A DNA stretch of 64,000 bases from positions 128,001-192,000 of the forward strand of contig CBDDIJ010000002.1 of NCBI GenBank assembly GCA_965228855.1. The letters run 5' to 3'. Origin of the DNA: Candidatus Obscuribacterales bacterium. Its GTDB lineage: Bacteria > Cyanobacteriota > Vampirovibrionia > Obscuribacterales > Obscuribacteraceae. Both the position numbers and the translations under genes were made by a program. The notes beneath the pieces were generated by a model that had not been told where the DNA came from, ran no database searches, and saw nothing but the letters and a program-made list of their open reading frames with translations. Shown piece by piece: positions 29,635-38,025 of the stretch; the first letter of the stretch is position 1; each line of letters opens with the position of its first letter.

Positions 29635-31191
29635 TCAACGCGTTCGCTCGCGCGCAACTTCGCTCCAAGCGGCGAGTTCCGCCTTCGAAGCGGTACTCGT
29701 GCGCGCCGCCTTCGCGTTTTTCATAACCCGAAGAAACTCCCCGTAAAACCTCTTCGCCTCCGCATGTCGCTTCAACGCCTCAAGCGCCTGTGCTTTGAAG
29801 AAGTAACCTTCAACCCAGTTCTCGTCCCAGAAAAGCGCTCCATTACAAGCCCAAAGCGCATGCTGAAATTCTTTGTTGCGATAAAACGCGATTGCGATCA
29901 ACCGCGACACCTGCTCCGCCATCGTCGAGTCAGAATGCGCAACCCAGATGAAATCAGCGATTGCACCGTCGTAATCGTGCATGTCCATCAAGATCTTGCC
30001 ATGCTGGTGGCGCGCCGACGCATCCGTCGGAGACTGTTTTAGCGCCTTATCTAGAACGCTCAAAGCGCCCTTATAGTCGCCCTTTTCACGCAATTTAAAG
30101 GCTTCCCGCATTCTCGAATCAAACTTTGAAGCGCCTGCGCCCCCACCGCCTTCTGCACCACCATCAGTGGCACCGCTACGTCCAAGAGCACCGCTCTTAG
30201 TACCACTCTTTTGAACACTGGCAACGGCATTTTCCACACTGGAAGAGTAAAAACCTACCGCCATATCTGGTTCATTAATAGACGCCAATTCGAGGTCACG
30301 ACTAGCTTTCGCCTTATCACCCACTTTTTCGTAAGCAAGCGCTCGCAACAAATAGATTCGCCAATAGCCCTTATTATTCTCCAGCGCGAGCGTATAATCT
30401 TTGATAGCTTTCTGGTAGTTCTTCAGAATGTAATAGCAGCGCCCGCGTATCATGTAAGCCAGACCATGCCTCGGATTCATCGCAAGCGTCTTGGTGTAGG
30501 CGTCAATTGCATCGTTAAGTCGATCGAGGTTTATGTACGTAGCGCCGCTAGTGAAAAACATCTGCGCATGCGGCTTTAGTGAACGCGCTTTCTCCAAATC
30601 ACGCAGCCCCAACTCCATGTCAAAAACATATGCGCGACTCGTACCCCGCCAATAAAGCGCGGCAACGTTGTTTGGCTCGAGCGCGAGAATGCGATCGCAG
30701 TCAGCCACTGCATTTTTAAAATCCTTACTGAGCACATAGCTCTTCGCCCTATAGACCAGAGCAGTAGTGCTTTTCGGATTACGTCGTATGATTGCACTAA
30801 AGTCCTTAATCGCAGAACCAAAACGCTCTTCCTGAAGAAAAATGCGTCCTCGCACCATCAACGCCTGGTCATCATCCGGCTTTTCCTTGAGTATGTTTTC
30901 TAAAACAGAAAGCGCTCGATCGATTTTTTTCTTATTGGCCAATGCAACGGCTAGTTGAAGCCGAGGGTTGAGCGGGATCGGTTTCCGGCTTTGCAGTTGC
31001 ACCTGCTGCAGTTTGTCCGGCGATAGATGCGACTCCTTTTTACTGAACTCGGTTCCAACGGACGCGGACCGCTCTCCAGCGTCCGAAGTTGCCTTTGCCA
31101 CCACCGGCGATGACACGATCGTTCCACCAGCCAGTAGCATAAATGCAAACGGCACAATGGGACACTTCACAAATGCTAGCAATTTTTCCAT
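29635..31191 (-). CDS. Exported TPR-repeat protein
   Basis: Signal peptide after ATG 31191; many canonical TPRs. Confidence 0.87.
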   Translation of the reverse strand: MEKLLAFVKCPIVPFAFMLLAGGTIVSSPVVAKATSDAGERSASVGTEFSKKESHLSPDKLQQVQLQSRKPIPLNPRLQLAVALANKKKIDRALSVLENILKEKPDDDQALMVRGRIFLQEERFGSAIKDFSAIIRRNPKSTTALVYRAKSYVLSKDFKNAVADCDRILALEPNNVAALYWRGTSRAYVFDMELGLRDLEKARSLKPHAQMFFTSGATYINLDRLNDAIDAYTKTLAMNPRHGLAYMIRGRCYYILKNYQKAIKDYTLALENNKGYWRIYLLRALAYEKVGDKAKASRDLELASINEPDMAVGFYSSSVENAVASVQKSGTKSGALGRSGATDGGAEGGGGAGASKFDSRMREAFKLREKGDYKGALSVLDKALKQSPTDASARHQHGKILMDMHDYDGAIADFIWVAHSDSTMAEQVSRLIAIAFYRNKEFQHALWACNGALFWDENWVEGYFFKAQALEALKRHAEAKRFYGEFLRVMKNAKAARTSTASKAELAAWSEVARERTR

Positions 31192-31338
31192 ACCACTCAA
31201 ATGATTTAAGTGTACACCGTCGTATTCGCTCTGGCGAAGTTCGGACCCCGTCCTACATGCCGGTCGCTGCCGGTGAAACGTGATCATTTCAGGTTTCTCA
31301 GACGCCGTTCGTTGTACGCGCCAAACAGAGTCACGCAT

Positions 31339-31478
31339 TTTGTCTACGTTGCTATGACGCAATCGGCGAAATCCGGCATCGCCACGTAGCCAAACTTAAC
31401 CCACCCGAACGACCAAACCGACCAATCCCTCTCCCCCAGCCCGATTCCGGAACCCGTTTCTATGATTTTCTATAGTAG
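31339..31478. repeat. Dispersed element (core plus right box)
   Basis: Core 31339-31394; TATAGTAG at 31471-31478. Confidence 0.9.
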
Positions 31479-31492
31479 TAGAGCTTGAGAAA

Positions 31493-31518
31493 GTGTGATG
31501 GGCTGAAGCCCATCACAC
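31493..31518 (-). terminator. Intrinsic terminator
   Basis: GTGTGATGGGCT/AGCCCATCACAC stem with a T-tract on the minus strand. Confidence 0.65.
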
Positions 31519-31525
31519 CCCGCGT

Positions 31526-32272
31526 TTAGTGGCTGTGGTTGAAGCCGAAACGCACCTCGACCTCGCCCTCGTCGGTGTCGACGGAGATGACGCGGTCGAA
31601 CTTCTCGCAGCAGCCGCCCTCGAGCGTCTTCGCGTAGCGCGCCTCTTCCGCCTCGTTGCCGACGCGTGCGATGCGCAGGTTGTTGGCGTGCGGCCACTTC
31701 TTCCACGCGAAGAACTCGCTGTGGACGAGACGCATGGCGGCCGAAACCAGCTCGCTGGACCACCCCCAGCTCTTCAGCTTGTCCTCGATGCCGGGACCGC
31801 CGAGACACTTGAAGTCGTCCTGGCGCGCGAAGTTGCGCACGTAGTCCGGGCGACCGTTCGGGCCGAGGACCTTGCAGCCGAGCCGGCGCTGCTCGAGCGC
31901 GGCGGACTGCTCCTCGAGCGTCGACCATTCGCCATCGAAACATACGCGCTGCACGCCGTACTCGACGTAGCCCACGCGCTCTTCCAGCATCCGCGCCGCC
32001 GTCATCGCGCACGCGTCGCTGGTCAGCACCGGCGAGCGCGAGAACATGCGCACGAAGTGCTGCGCGTCATGCGGCTTGATGACCGGCATGCCGTCGATCG
32101 AGCGGATGTCGGGACCACCGAACATCTGGTCTTCCTCGGTCACCACCGCGGGATTGTACGGCACCTCCTCGGTGTCGAACGGCTCGCTGCTGACGCCGTA
32201 CTCGGCGATGCGGAACTCGAAGCCGTCGCCCTTGCGCGAACGGACGAGAAGAATTGCGTTGTCTGCACTCAT
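31526..32272 (-). CDS. Hypothetical protein
   Basis: Strong GC3 bias; AGGAGG RBS; ends CCEKFD..FGFNHSH. Confidence 0.75.
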   Translation of the reverse strand: MSADNAILLVRSRKGDGFEFRIAEYGVSSEPFDTEEVPYNPAVVTEEDQMFGGPDIRSIDGMPVIKPHDAQHFVRMFSRSPVLTSDACAMTAARMLEERVGYVEYGVQRVCFDGEWSTLEEQSAALEQRRLGCKVLGPNGRPDYVRNFARQDDFKCLGGPGIEDKLKSWGWSSELVSAAMRLVHSEFFAWKKWPHANNLRIARVGNEAEEARYAKTLEGGCCEKFDRVISVDTDEGEVEVRFGFNHSH

Positions 32273-32423
32273 GGTATAGCCTCCTGGTAAGGGTCTAGGT
32301 TAGACAGAGCTGATGCGGTTCTACCGCCCGCTCCGCCTGCGAACAAACAAAAGGCACGCCACCGCCCATGGTGAACACGGGCGATGGCAGCTTTGGTGGC
32401 TGAGCGTAAACAGCCCAGCCCGG

Positions 32424-33110
32424 TTACGCCGCGCACCTCTGCAGGTACGCGACATAAACCGCCTGCAGGTTGTCGGCATCCCTGCTCTCCGCTTCCGCCG
32501 GCGCCAACTGCATGGCGCGGAAGATGCGGATGTACAGCTCGACCGACTCCGGGCAGCAGTCGAGGCCGCCCTTGCCGTTCGCCCGGCGATAGTCGGAACC
32601 AGCCCGCGCGATGCGAAGCAGGTCCTCCTCCGTCGGGCTCGTCTCGCGGTCCAGCGCACCGGGCTGCACGAGCAGACCCTTGATGGTGAGCCCCGAGAGC
32701 TGCGGAAGCGAACGCCGCTTGCCGCGATAGTCGGTGTACTGACCGAAGGACGGCTTCGAGGCGTCCTCGGACACCATCAGCCTGACGCTGATGTTGCCGA
32801 CGCGACCGTGCTCGCCGCTGATGCGCAGCAGCGGGTCGTTGAGCACGTTCGGCGCCTCGGCGGCGCTGAGCACGCGCTGCGTCGCCACGGAGCGCACCGC
32901 GGGCGGTGCGGACGCGACGGGCGTCTTCGTGACCTTGATCTCGCCACCCTGGTTGAAGCGGAGCGCGGCGTAGCAGCCGAGCACCTCCTGCCAGTGACGC
33001 GCCGGCGTGTAGCGAACCACCGTGCGCTCCCCATCGATGAGGAACACGGACTTCACCGAACCGAGTTCGATGACCTTCGCGCCAGTCGGGATCAGGTTGC
33101 CTGCAATCAT
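32424..33110 (-). CDS. Hypothetical protein
   Basis: GGAG RBS before ATG 33110; strong GC3 bias. Confidence 0.7.
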   Translation of the reverse strand: MIAGNLIPTGAKVIELGSVKSVFLIDGERTVVRYTPARHWQEVLGCYAALRFNQGGEIKVTKTPVASAPPAVRSVATQRVLSAAEAPNVLNDPLLRISGEHGRVGNISVRLMVSEDASKPSFGQYTDYRGKRRSLPQLSGLTIKGLLVQPGALDRETSPTEEDLLRIARAGSDYRRANGKGGLDCCPESVELYIRIFRAMQLAPAEAESRDADNLQAVYVAYLQRCAA

Positions 33111-33249
33111 TGTCGTCTCCGTTGTGGATAGAAAGACACCACCACTAGCGGTGGCACCGCCAGCAGCCCGAACGGCCGCTGACGGCAGTAGCCGGGTTCT
33201 CAGCACTCAGCAGCTACGCGTGCCGCCGACCGCGCCGAATCCCCACCCG

Positions 33250-34833
33250 TCAGCAGCAGTGCTTGCCGCTGACGGTACCAACCGGACTTTCACCGGCAAC
33301 AGCTCCGCTCGCGCGAAACTGCTCGACGTGCCGCTTCAGCCACTCCAGACCGCCCGCCTCGTCGGAGAACTCCCCGCCGAGCTGAGCTTCCAGCGCAGCC
33401 TCTTTGAGCACGCCTATCGTCGGCCCCGCCTTGAACCCGTGCTCGATGATGTGCTTGCCGGTGATGAGGTGAACGGCACCAGGCCGCCTCGACGCCACCG
33501 GGTCGTTGCGCATCTCGTTCATCACGTTCAGGTAGAAGGCCATCAGCGAACTCGCAACCCGGTCAGCCCTGGGGCGTCCCGTGCCAATCGAGTCGCAGTG
33601 CTGCATCACGATCAGGTCGAACACGTCCTGCCGGTTCATCAACCGGGAGAGCCTGCTGCGCTTGATCTTCGGGTCATCGAAATCGTGCATCTGCATGTGC
33701 ATCAACACAATCTCGCGAACCCGCTTGGTGACTTCACCCGGCAGCTTCAGGCGACGGCAAATCGCCGCAGCGACCTCGGCACCTTGCTCCGCGTGCCCGT
33801 GATTGCTCACGCGGATGCGGTAAGGCAACAGCACTTGCTTCCAGCGCGGACCGACAGTGCGGCGCGCCAGCTTCCAGGTCTGGGTGCGAGGCTTGGCGAT
33901 GTCGTGCAGCAGCAGCGCGAGCCGCAGCGGGAACGACACCAGGCTAGCCTCGATGCTGGAGGTCAGAAACTCGTCGCCGGCAAACGCCGCCAGCTTCTCG
34001 TCCAACCCCTCGCGCGACGCCGAAGCGTTGACCACCTGGCGCGTGTGCTCCCAGGCAGAACCCTCCGGGTGCCAGTAGGGATCCTGGAACCCCTTGAGGC
34101 TCCGCATCGGCAGCATCTCCGGCAGAATCTCCTTCATCAGCCCCGTCTCCATCAGGAGGTCGAGACCGACAACCGGAGCCTTGCTCGTGAGGATGCCCTT
34201 CAGCTCGTTCGCGATACGCTCCCAGGCGACGATGACGCCAGGCTTGAGTTCAGGCGCGAACTGTTTCAGTGCCGACAGCAAAGCGGCGTCGACCTTGAAA
34301 CCGAGCTTGGCTGCGAAACGCACAACGCGCAACATCCGCAGCCGGTCTTCCTTGAAGCGCAGAACCGGGTCACCGACCGAGCGGATGATGCGGTTCTTGA
34401 TGTCGTCGCGCCCACCGAAGAAGTCGAAGATTTCGCCGGAGACCGGGTCTTCGAACATCGCGTTGATGGTGAGGTCGCGCCGAGCAGCGTCGCCCTTCAG
34501 CGCCTCGCGCCAGTCGCAGTCCGTGAGGAGCGTGACCGAGTCGGGGCGCCGAGCGTCGCCGTACTGACCGTCGTTGCGGAAGGTGGCCACTTCGACCTGA
34601 ACCTTCTCGCGAACGACGACGATGACACCGAACGCCTCGCCGACGAAGATGCAGTGGTCGTCAGCGAAGATGCGTTTGATTTCGTCGGGGTGGGCGTTGG
34701 TCGCGACGTCGTAGTCCTTCGGTTCGACACCGAGGAAACCGTCACGAACACAACCGCCTGCGAACACCCCGACATGACCTGCGGCCTGCAACTGTCTGGC
34801 GACAGCCGCGGCGATTTCTCTGGCATGTGACAT
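33250..34833 (-). CDS. cca: CCA tRNA nucleotidyltransferase with HD domain
   Basis: GGCVRD, DYDVAT, RRDLTINAM, EDRLR, HPEG, LHDIAK. Confidence 0.9.
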   Translation of the reverse strand: MSHAREIAAAVARQLQAAGHVGVFAGGCVRDGFLGVEPKDYDVATNAHPDEIKRIFADDHCIFVGEAFGVIVVVREKVQVEVATFRNDGQYGDARRPDSVTLLTDCDWREALKGDAARRDLTINAMFEDPVSGEIFDFFGGRDDIKNRIIRSVGDPVLRFKEDRLRMLRVVRFAAKLGFKVDAALLSALKQFAPELKPGVIVAWERIANELKGILTSKAPVVGLDLLMETGLMKEILPEMLPMRSLKGFQDPYWHPEGSAWEHTRQVVNASASREGLDEKLAAFAGDEFLTSSIEASLVSFPLRLALLLHDIAKPRTQTWKLARRTVGPRWKQVLLPYRIRVSNHGHAEQGAEVAAAICRRLKLPGEVTKRVREIVLMHMQMHDFDDPKIKRSRLSRLMNRQDVFDLIVMQHCDSIGTGRPRADRVASSLMAFYLNVMNEMRNDPVASRRPGAVHLITGKHIIEHGFKAGPTIGVLKEAALEAQLGGEFSDEAGGLEWLKRHVEQFRASGAVAGESPVGTVSGKHCC

Positions 34834-35257
34834 ACTGGGCTCCTTTCTGGCTTGTTAAGCGGAAAGCTAAAAAGAGCAAGCCGACGAGAAGCCACGCACC
34901 GAGCGAGTCTTCATAGTCGTCTGGCATTCGCGCGTACAACTCCACTCGTCAAAGACAAGTGAAGAAGCGTTTGAACTGGTGATTAGCCGCTCTGTTTGAG
35001 TTGAATTCCGTGGTTTGAATAAGAGAGATATCTCAACCTAATGAAATTCGGTTCATGAACACAAACAAAACCTCGTTGAATTAATCCGGCTCATGGTTTT
35101 AAACTCACTCGCTCATACGTGGTTCTCACACTGAGATCGAATTTGCGCTTACGCTAGGTCGCGCGCCATTTAATCTAATTTCCTTTCGCCTCTAAAAAAA
35201 CACTCGCGACCGTTTATGATTCTTGGTCACAACGATAATCAAAGCTCAGGAGCCTAT

Positions 35258-35788
35258 ATGAAATCACCTGGATTCTTACCCGCGCTAGCTACGTTGCTCG
35301 TGCTCAGCGCTGCGCCGTCGGCAAACTCGCAAGGCGCAACCGTCGGCGTCGACAATCTGCCAGACTCGGGCACGTACTTCATCGTCAGCGCCGAAAGCAA
35401 AGAAGCGCTCCAGCCGGTCGCCGGCACCGCCGGTCAAAACGTTTTCCTCTACGAGCACAACTCGAGCGGCATGCAAAAGTGGGTCGTCACGCGCAAAATC
35501 GATCCGAAGACCAAGAAGCCCATGAACCGCTACTCAATCCGCCTCGCCGGCGAAAACAACGACCTCTATCTGCAGCCCTTCCCCGCTCCGGACCACACGT
35601 GCATGATTAGCAGCGGCGTGTCGGCATTCTCGCTGGTTCCCACGGCTGGTTCGTACGTGATCAAAAGTGCCGCCCAAAACGGCGACGCGCTCTACATCTC
35701 GCCCAATCCGCCGGTTCAAACAGAAGCGCGTTTCGGTCCTGCTGACGGGTCGCAGAAATTCAGCTGGGATTTCATTCCTGCCAACTAG
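35258..35788 (+). CDS. Secreted ricin-B/beta-trefoil-like protein
   Basis: Signal peptide; GTYFIVS...GMQKW and SQKFSW QxW-like repeats. Confidence 0.7.
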   Translation: MKSPGFLPALATLLVLSAAPSANSQGATVGVDNLPDSGTYFIVSAESKEALQPVAGTAGQNVFLYEHNSSGMQKWVVTRKIDPKTKKPMNRYSIRLAGENNDLYLQPFPAPDHTCMISSGVSAFSLVPTAGSYVIKSAAQNGDALYISPNPPVQTEARFGPADGSQKFSWDFIPAN

Positions 35789-35872
35789 CCCAGCGAACGC
35801 CCATCGTCACCCTCGCCCTGCAAGCCTCGCCGCGACCGTCGTGCCGGTCGCTCGTCACTGACTGCTCGTCGC

Positions 35873-36277
35873 CCAGTGTGGAAAACAGGCCATCTTTGCA
35901 TCGATTTTGGATCGGTTTTTCACACACTGGTCCGCAGACAGTTGGTTCGCTAGTGGACTTCATCCCCGCCAACTAGCCAGAGGCGAACAGCCGACTGCGC
36001 TCAACCAATGTGTAGAAAACAGGCCATCTTTGCATCGATTTTGGATCGATTTTTCACACACTGGTCCGCAAACAGTTGGGTTCGCCAGTGGGGCCATAGT
36101 CAGCGCTCAACCAGTGTGTAGAAAACAGGCCATCTTTGCATCGATTTTGGATCGGTTTTTCACACACTGGTCCGCAAACAGCTGGTTCGCCAGTGGGGCC
36201 ATGGTCTGCTCGTCGCCCAGTGTGTAGAAAACAGGCCATCTTTGCATCGATTTTGGATCGGTTTTCTGCACACCTGG
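35873..36277. repeat. Four tandem copies of a roughly 60-bp imperfect palindrome
   Basis: CCAGTGTGTAGAAAACAGGCCATCTTTGCATCGATTTTGGATCGGTTTTTCACACACTGG at 35873, 36005, 36111 and 36217. Confidence 0.93.
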
Positions 36278-36498
36278 AAATTCACGGGTCAACATCGGTG
36301 CCCGAAACCCGAAAACACCGATCCACTATCTCTTTTAGTATACGCACCACCGGTAGTGACAATCAGAAGTGGCAAAGGTTAGACCGCCTGAACGTCTCTG
36401 ATTAGCAAACCCGACAAACCTGCGCGCACACTTCGAGACCCGGTCAGGGGACGGCAACACGCAGTCGCCGCCCCATGTTTCGCAATCGAGCGTTCTGC

Positions 36499-36813
36499 TC
36501 AGATGTCGTTCGGTGCCTTGACGTTGGCGCCGAATCCGATGTCGGGGTACTTCGCCATCATGCTGGCATGATCGGAGAAGTGCTCCCAAGTCACGCCGTA
36601 TCGATTCTCCGAAACCGCCTTGCGGGTCGGAGCGCAGGACCAGAGCAACGTGCTCCACTCCCCATGCGGCGCGCGGGTGTATTTGCACTTTCCGTTCATG
36701 ATGCAGACAGCCTCGTAGAGCTGTCCATTCATGCTGGCGAGCCAGTAGCCCATGTCAGGAAGCCGCGCGAGCTGCTTTTCCGTGAACGTCTTAAGTTTCG
36801 CCTTTGCAGGCAT
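36499..36813 (-). CDS. Hypothetical protein
   Basis: 104-aa ORF with RBS and codon bias. Confidence 0.6.
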   Translation of the reverse strand: MPAKAKLKTFTEKQLARLPDMGYWLASMNGQLYEAVCIMNGKCKYTRAPHGEWSTLLWSCAPTRKAVSENRYGVTWEHFSDHASMMAKYPDIGFGANVKAPNDI

Positions 36814-36895
36814 GCAGATCTTCCCTCTGTTTTGCGAGCTTGAAAGACGAGCCCGCGTGTTAAAAGCTACATACGGCGAGTTCGCGTCTTGCGAG

Positions 36896-37489
36896 CTACG
36901 CGTTCTGCATGCAGCTCGGTCCAGTTTCAGCCTTTTCTTCGGAGTCGCGCGCGTCGTCCAGGTAGATGGCGGCGATGCGGCGCTTGCACTGCGCGCTCAT
37001 CTTGTGCCACTTGCTGAACTGCGGGTGGTTGTAGGTCCGCGGACCAGGCGAGCACTTGCCCGCGAAGACCTCGGCGAGATACAGCGCCTGCTTCGCAAAC
37101 TCGACGCGATAGCGCGGTCCGTTGCGATAGTTGCCGGGCTCGAACTCGAACGAGCTGGCGCGCAGCAGTTCCGTCACCAGACGCGCACCGAGATTGAGCG
37201 TGCGGAGCGCTTGCCGAAGCTCGCGACGCTTGATGCCCTCGGCATACTCGAAGTCGGGTCCCTGGGAGTATGCGTCGCGCATCACGTCCCAGATGACGGA
37301 CTGCGCCTCGCCGAGCGTGATGAATTTCTCGCGCAGACCGTGGTTGTGCTGCTGCTCGGTGCCGATCGTTGCGATGAACTGCTCGATGTCGCGCTCCGCT
37401 TTGTCGTTGAGTGCTTTCAGCACCTTGTCGGCGTCGACGAGGGTCTCACGAAGGGCGGCGATGACGGGATTCGGACGGTAAAAGGTCAA
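36896..37489 (-). CDS. Hypothetical protein (start uncertain, probably TTG 37489)
   Basis: Codon-biased helical ORF. Confidence 0.6.
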   Translation of the reverse strand: MTFYRPNPVIAALRETLVDADKVLKALNDKAERDIEQFIATIGTEQQHNHGLREKFITLGEAQSVIWDVMRDAYSQGPDFEYAEGIKRRELRQALRTLNLGARLVTELLRASSFEFEPGNYRNGPRYRVEFAKQALYLAEVFAGKCSPGPRTYNHPQFSKWHKMSAQCKRRIAAIYLDDARDSEEKAETGPSCMQNA

Positions 37490-37823
37490 TTGCTTGTTCC
37501 ATCTGTTGGCCGGACTGAGTCTCGGCGTTGGGGTTTCGTTGTTCTGTGAAAAACCGCTTGCAGCGCTGCTTTTGCACAGGATTGTCCCCACCGACTTTCC
37601 GATAAAACCGCGAACGCTCGCACTCAATGCCGACAGCTGGTCTCGGCGGAGCCACAAATGTGGGTCGAAGACGAAATCAGGTTGGCGGGATGAATGGTCT
37701 GGGCTGGCGGAAATTGGGTGGATGTAAAGTGCGGAGAATCACCTATGCCTAACAGACTCAAGAGAAACACTTCAAGTAACAACACCAGTAACAATGTTCC
37801 GATCACGTAACACAAAAACATGC

Positions 37824-37963
37824 CTACTAGATCATACAGGACCTCGCCTCGACGGAGACACAGACCCGATAAGGGCTTTCGGCATCACCGTTTCAGCAGA
37901 CAGTTTCGTTGTCTACGGTGCGATGACGGAATTCGGAAATTCCGGCATCGCACGATAGACAGA
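37824..37963. repeat. Dispersed element (left box plus core)
   Basis: CTACTAG at 37824; core 37908-37963. Confidence 0.85.
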
Positions 37964-38025
37964 TACGGTCAATCGCTAGAGGTCGCTAGCTAGCACACCC
38001 GCGGATTACACGCGGCAGCTGTTCG

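Noticed and set aside
35873..36277. CRISPR array
   Set aside because: The repeat is about 60 bp, the spacers resemble each other, and there are no cas genes.
28650..37489. Prophage
   Set aside because: No structural, terminase, replication or integrase genes, despite the PghP-like gene and orphans.
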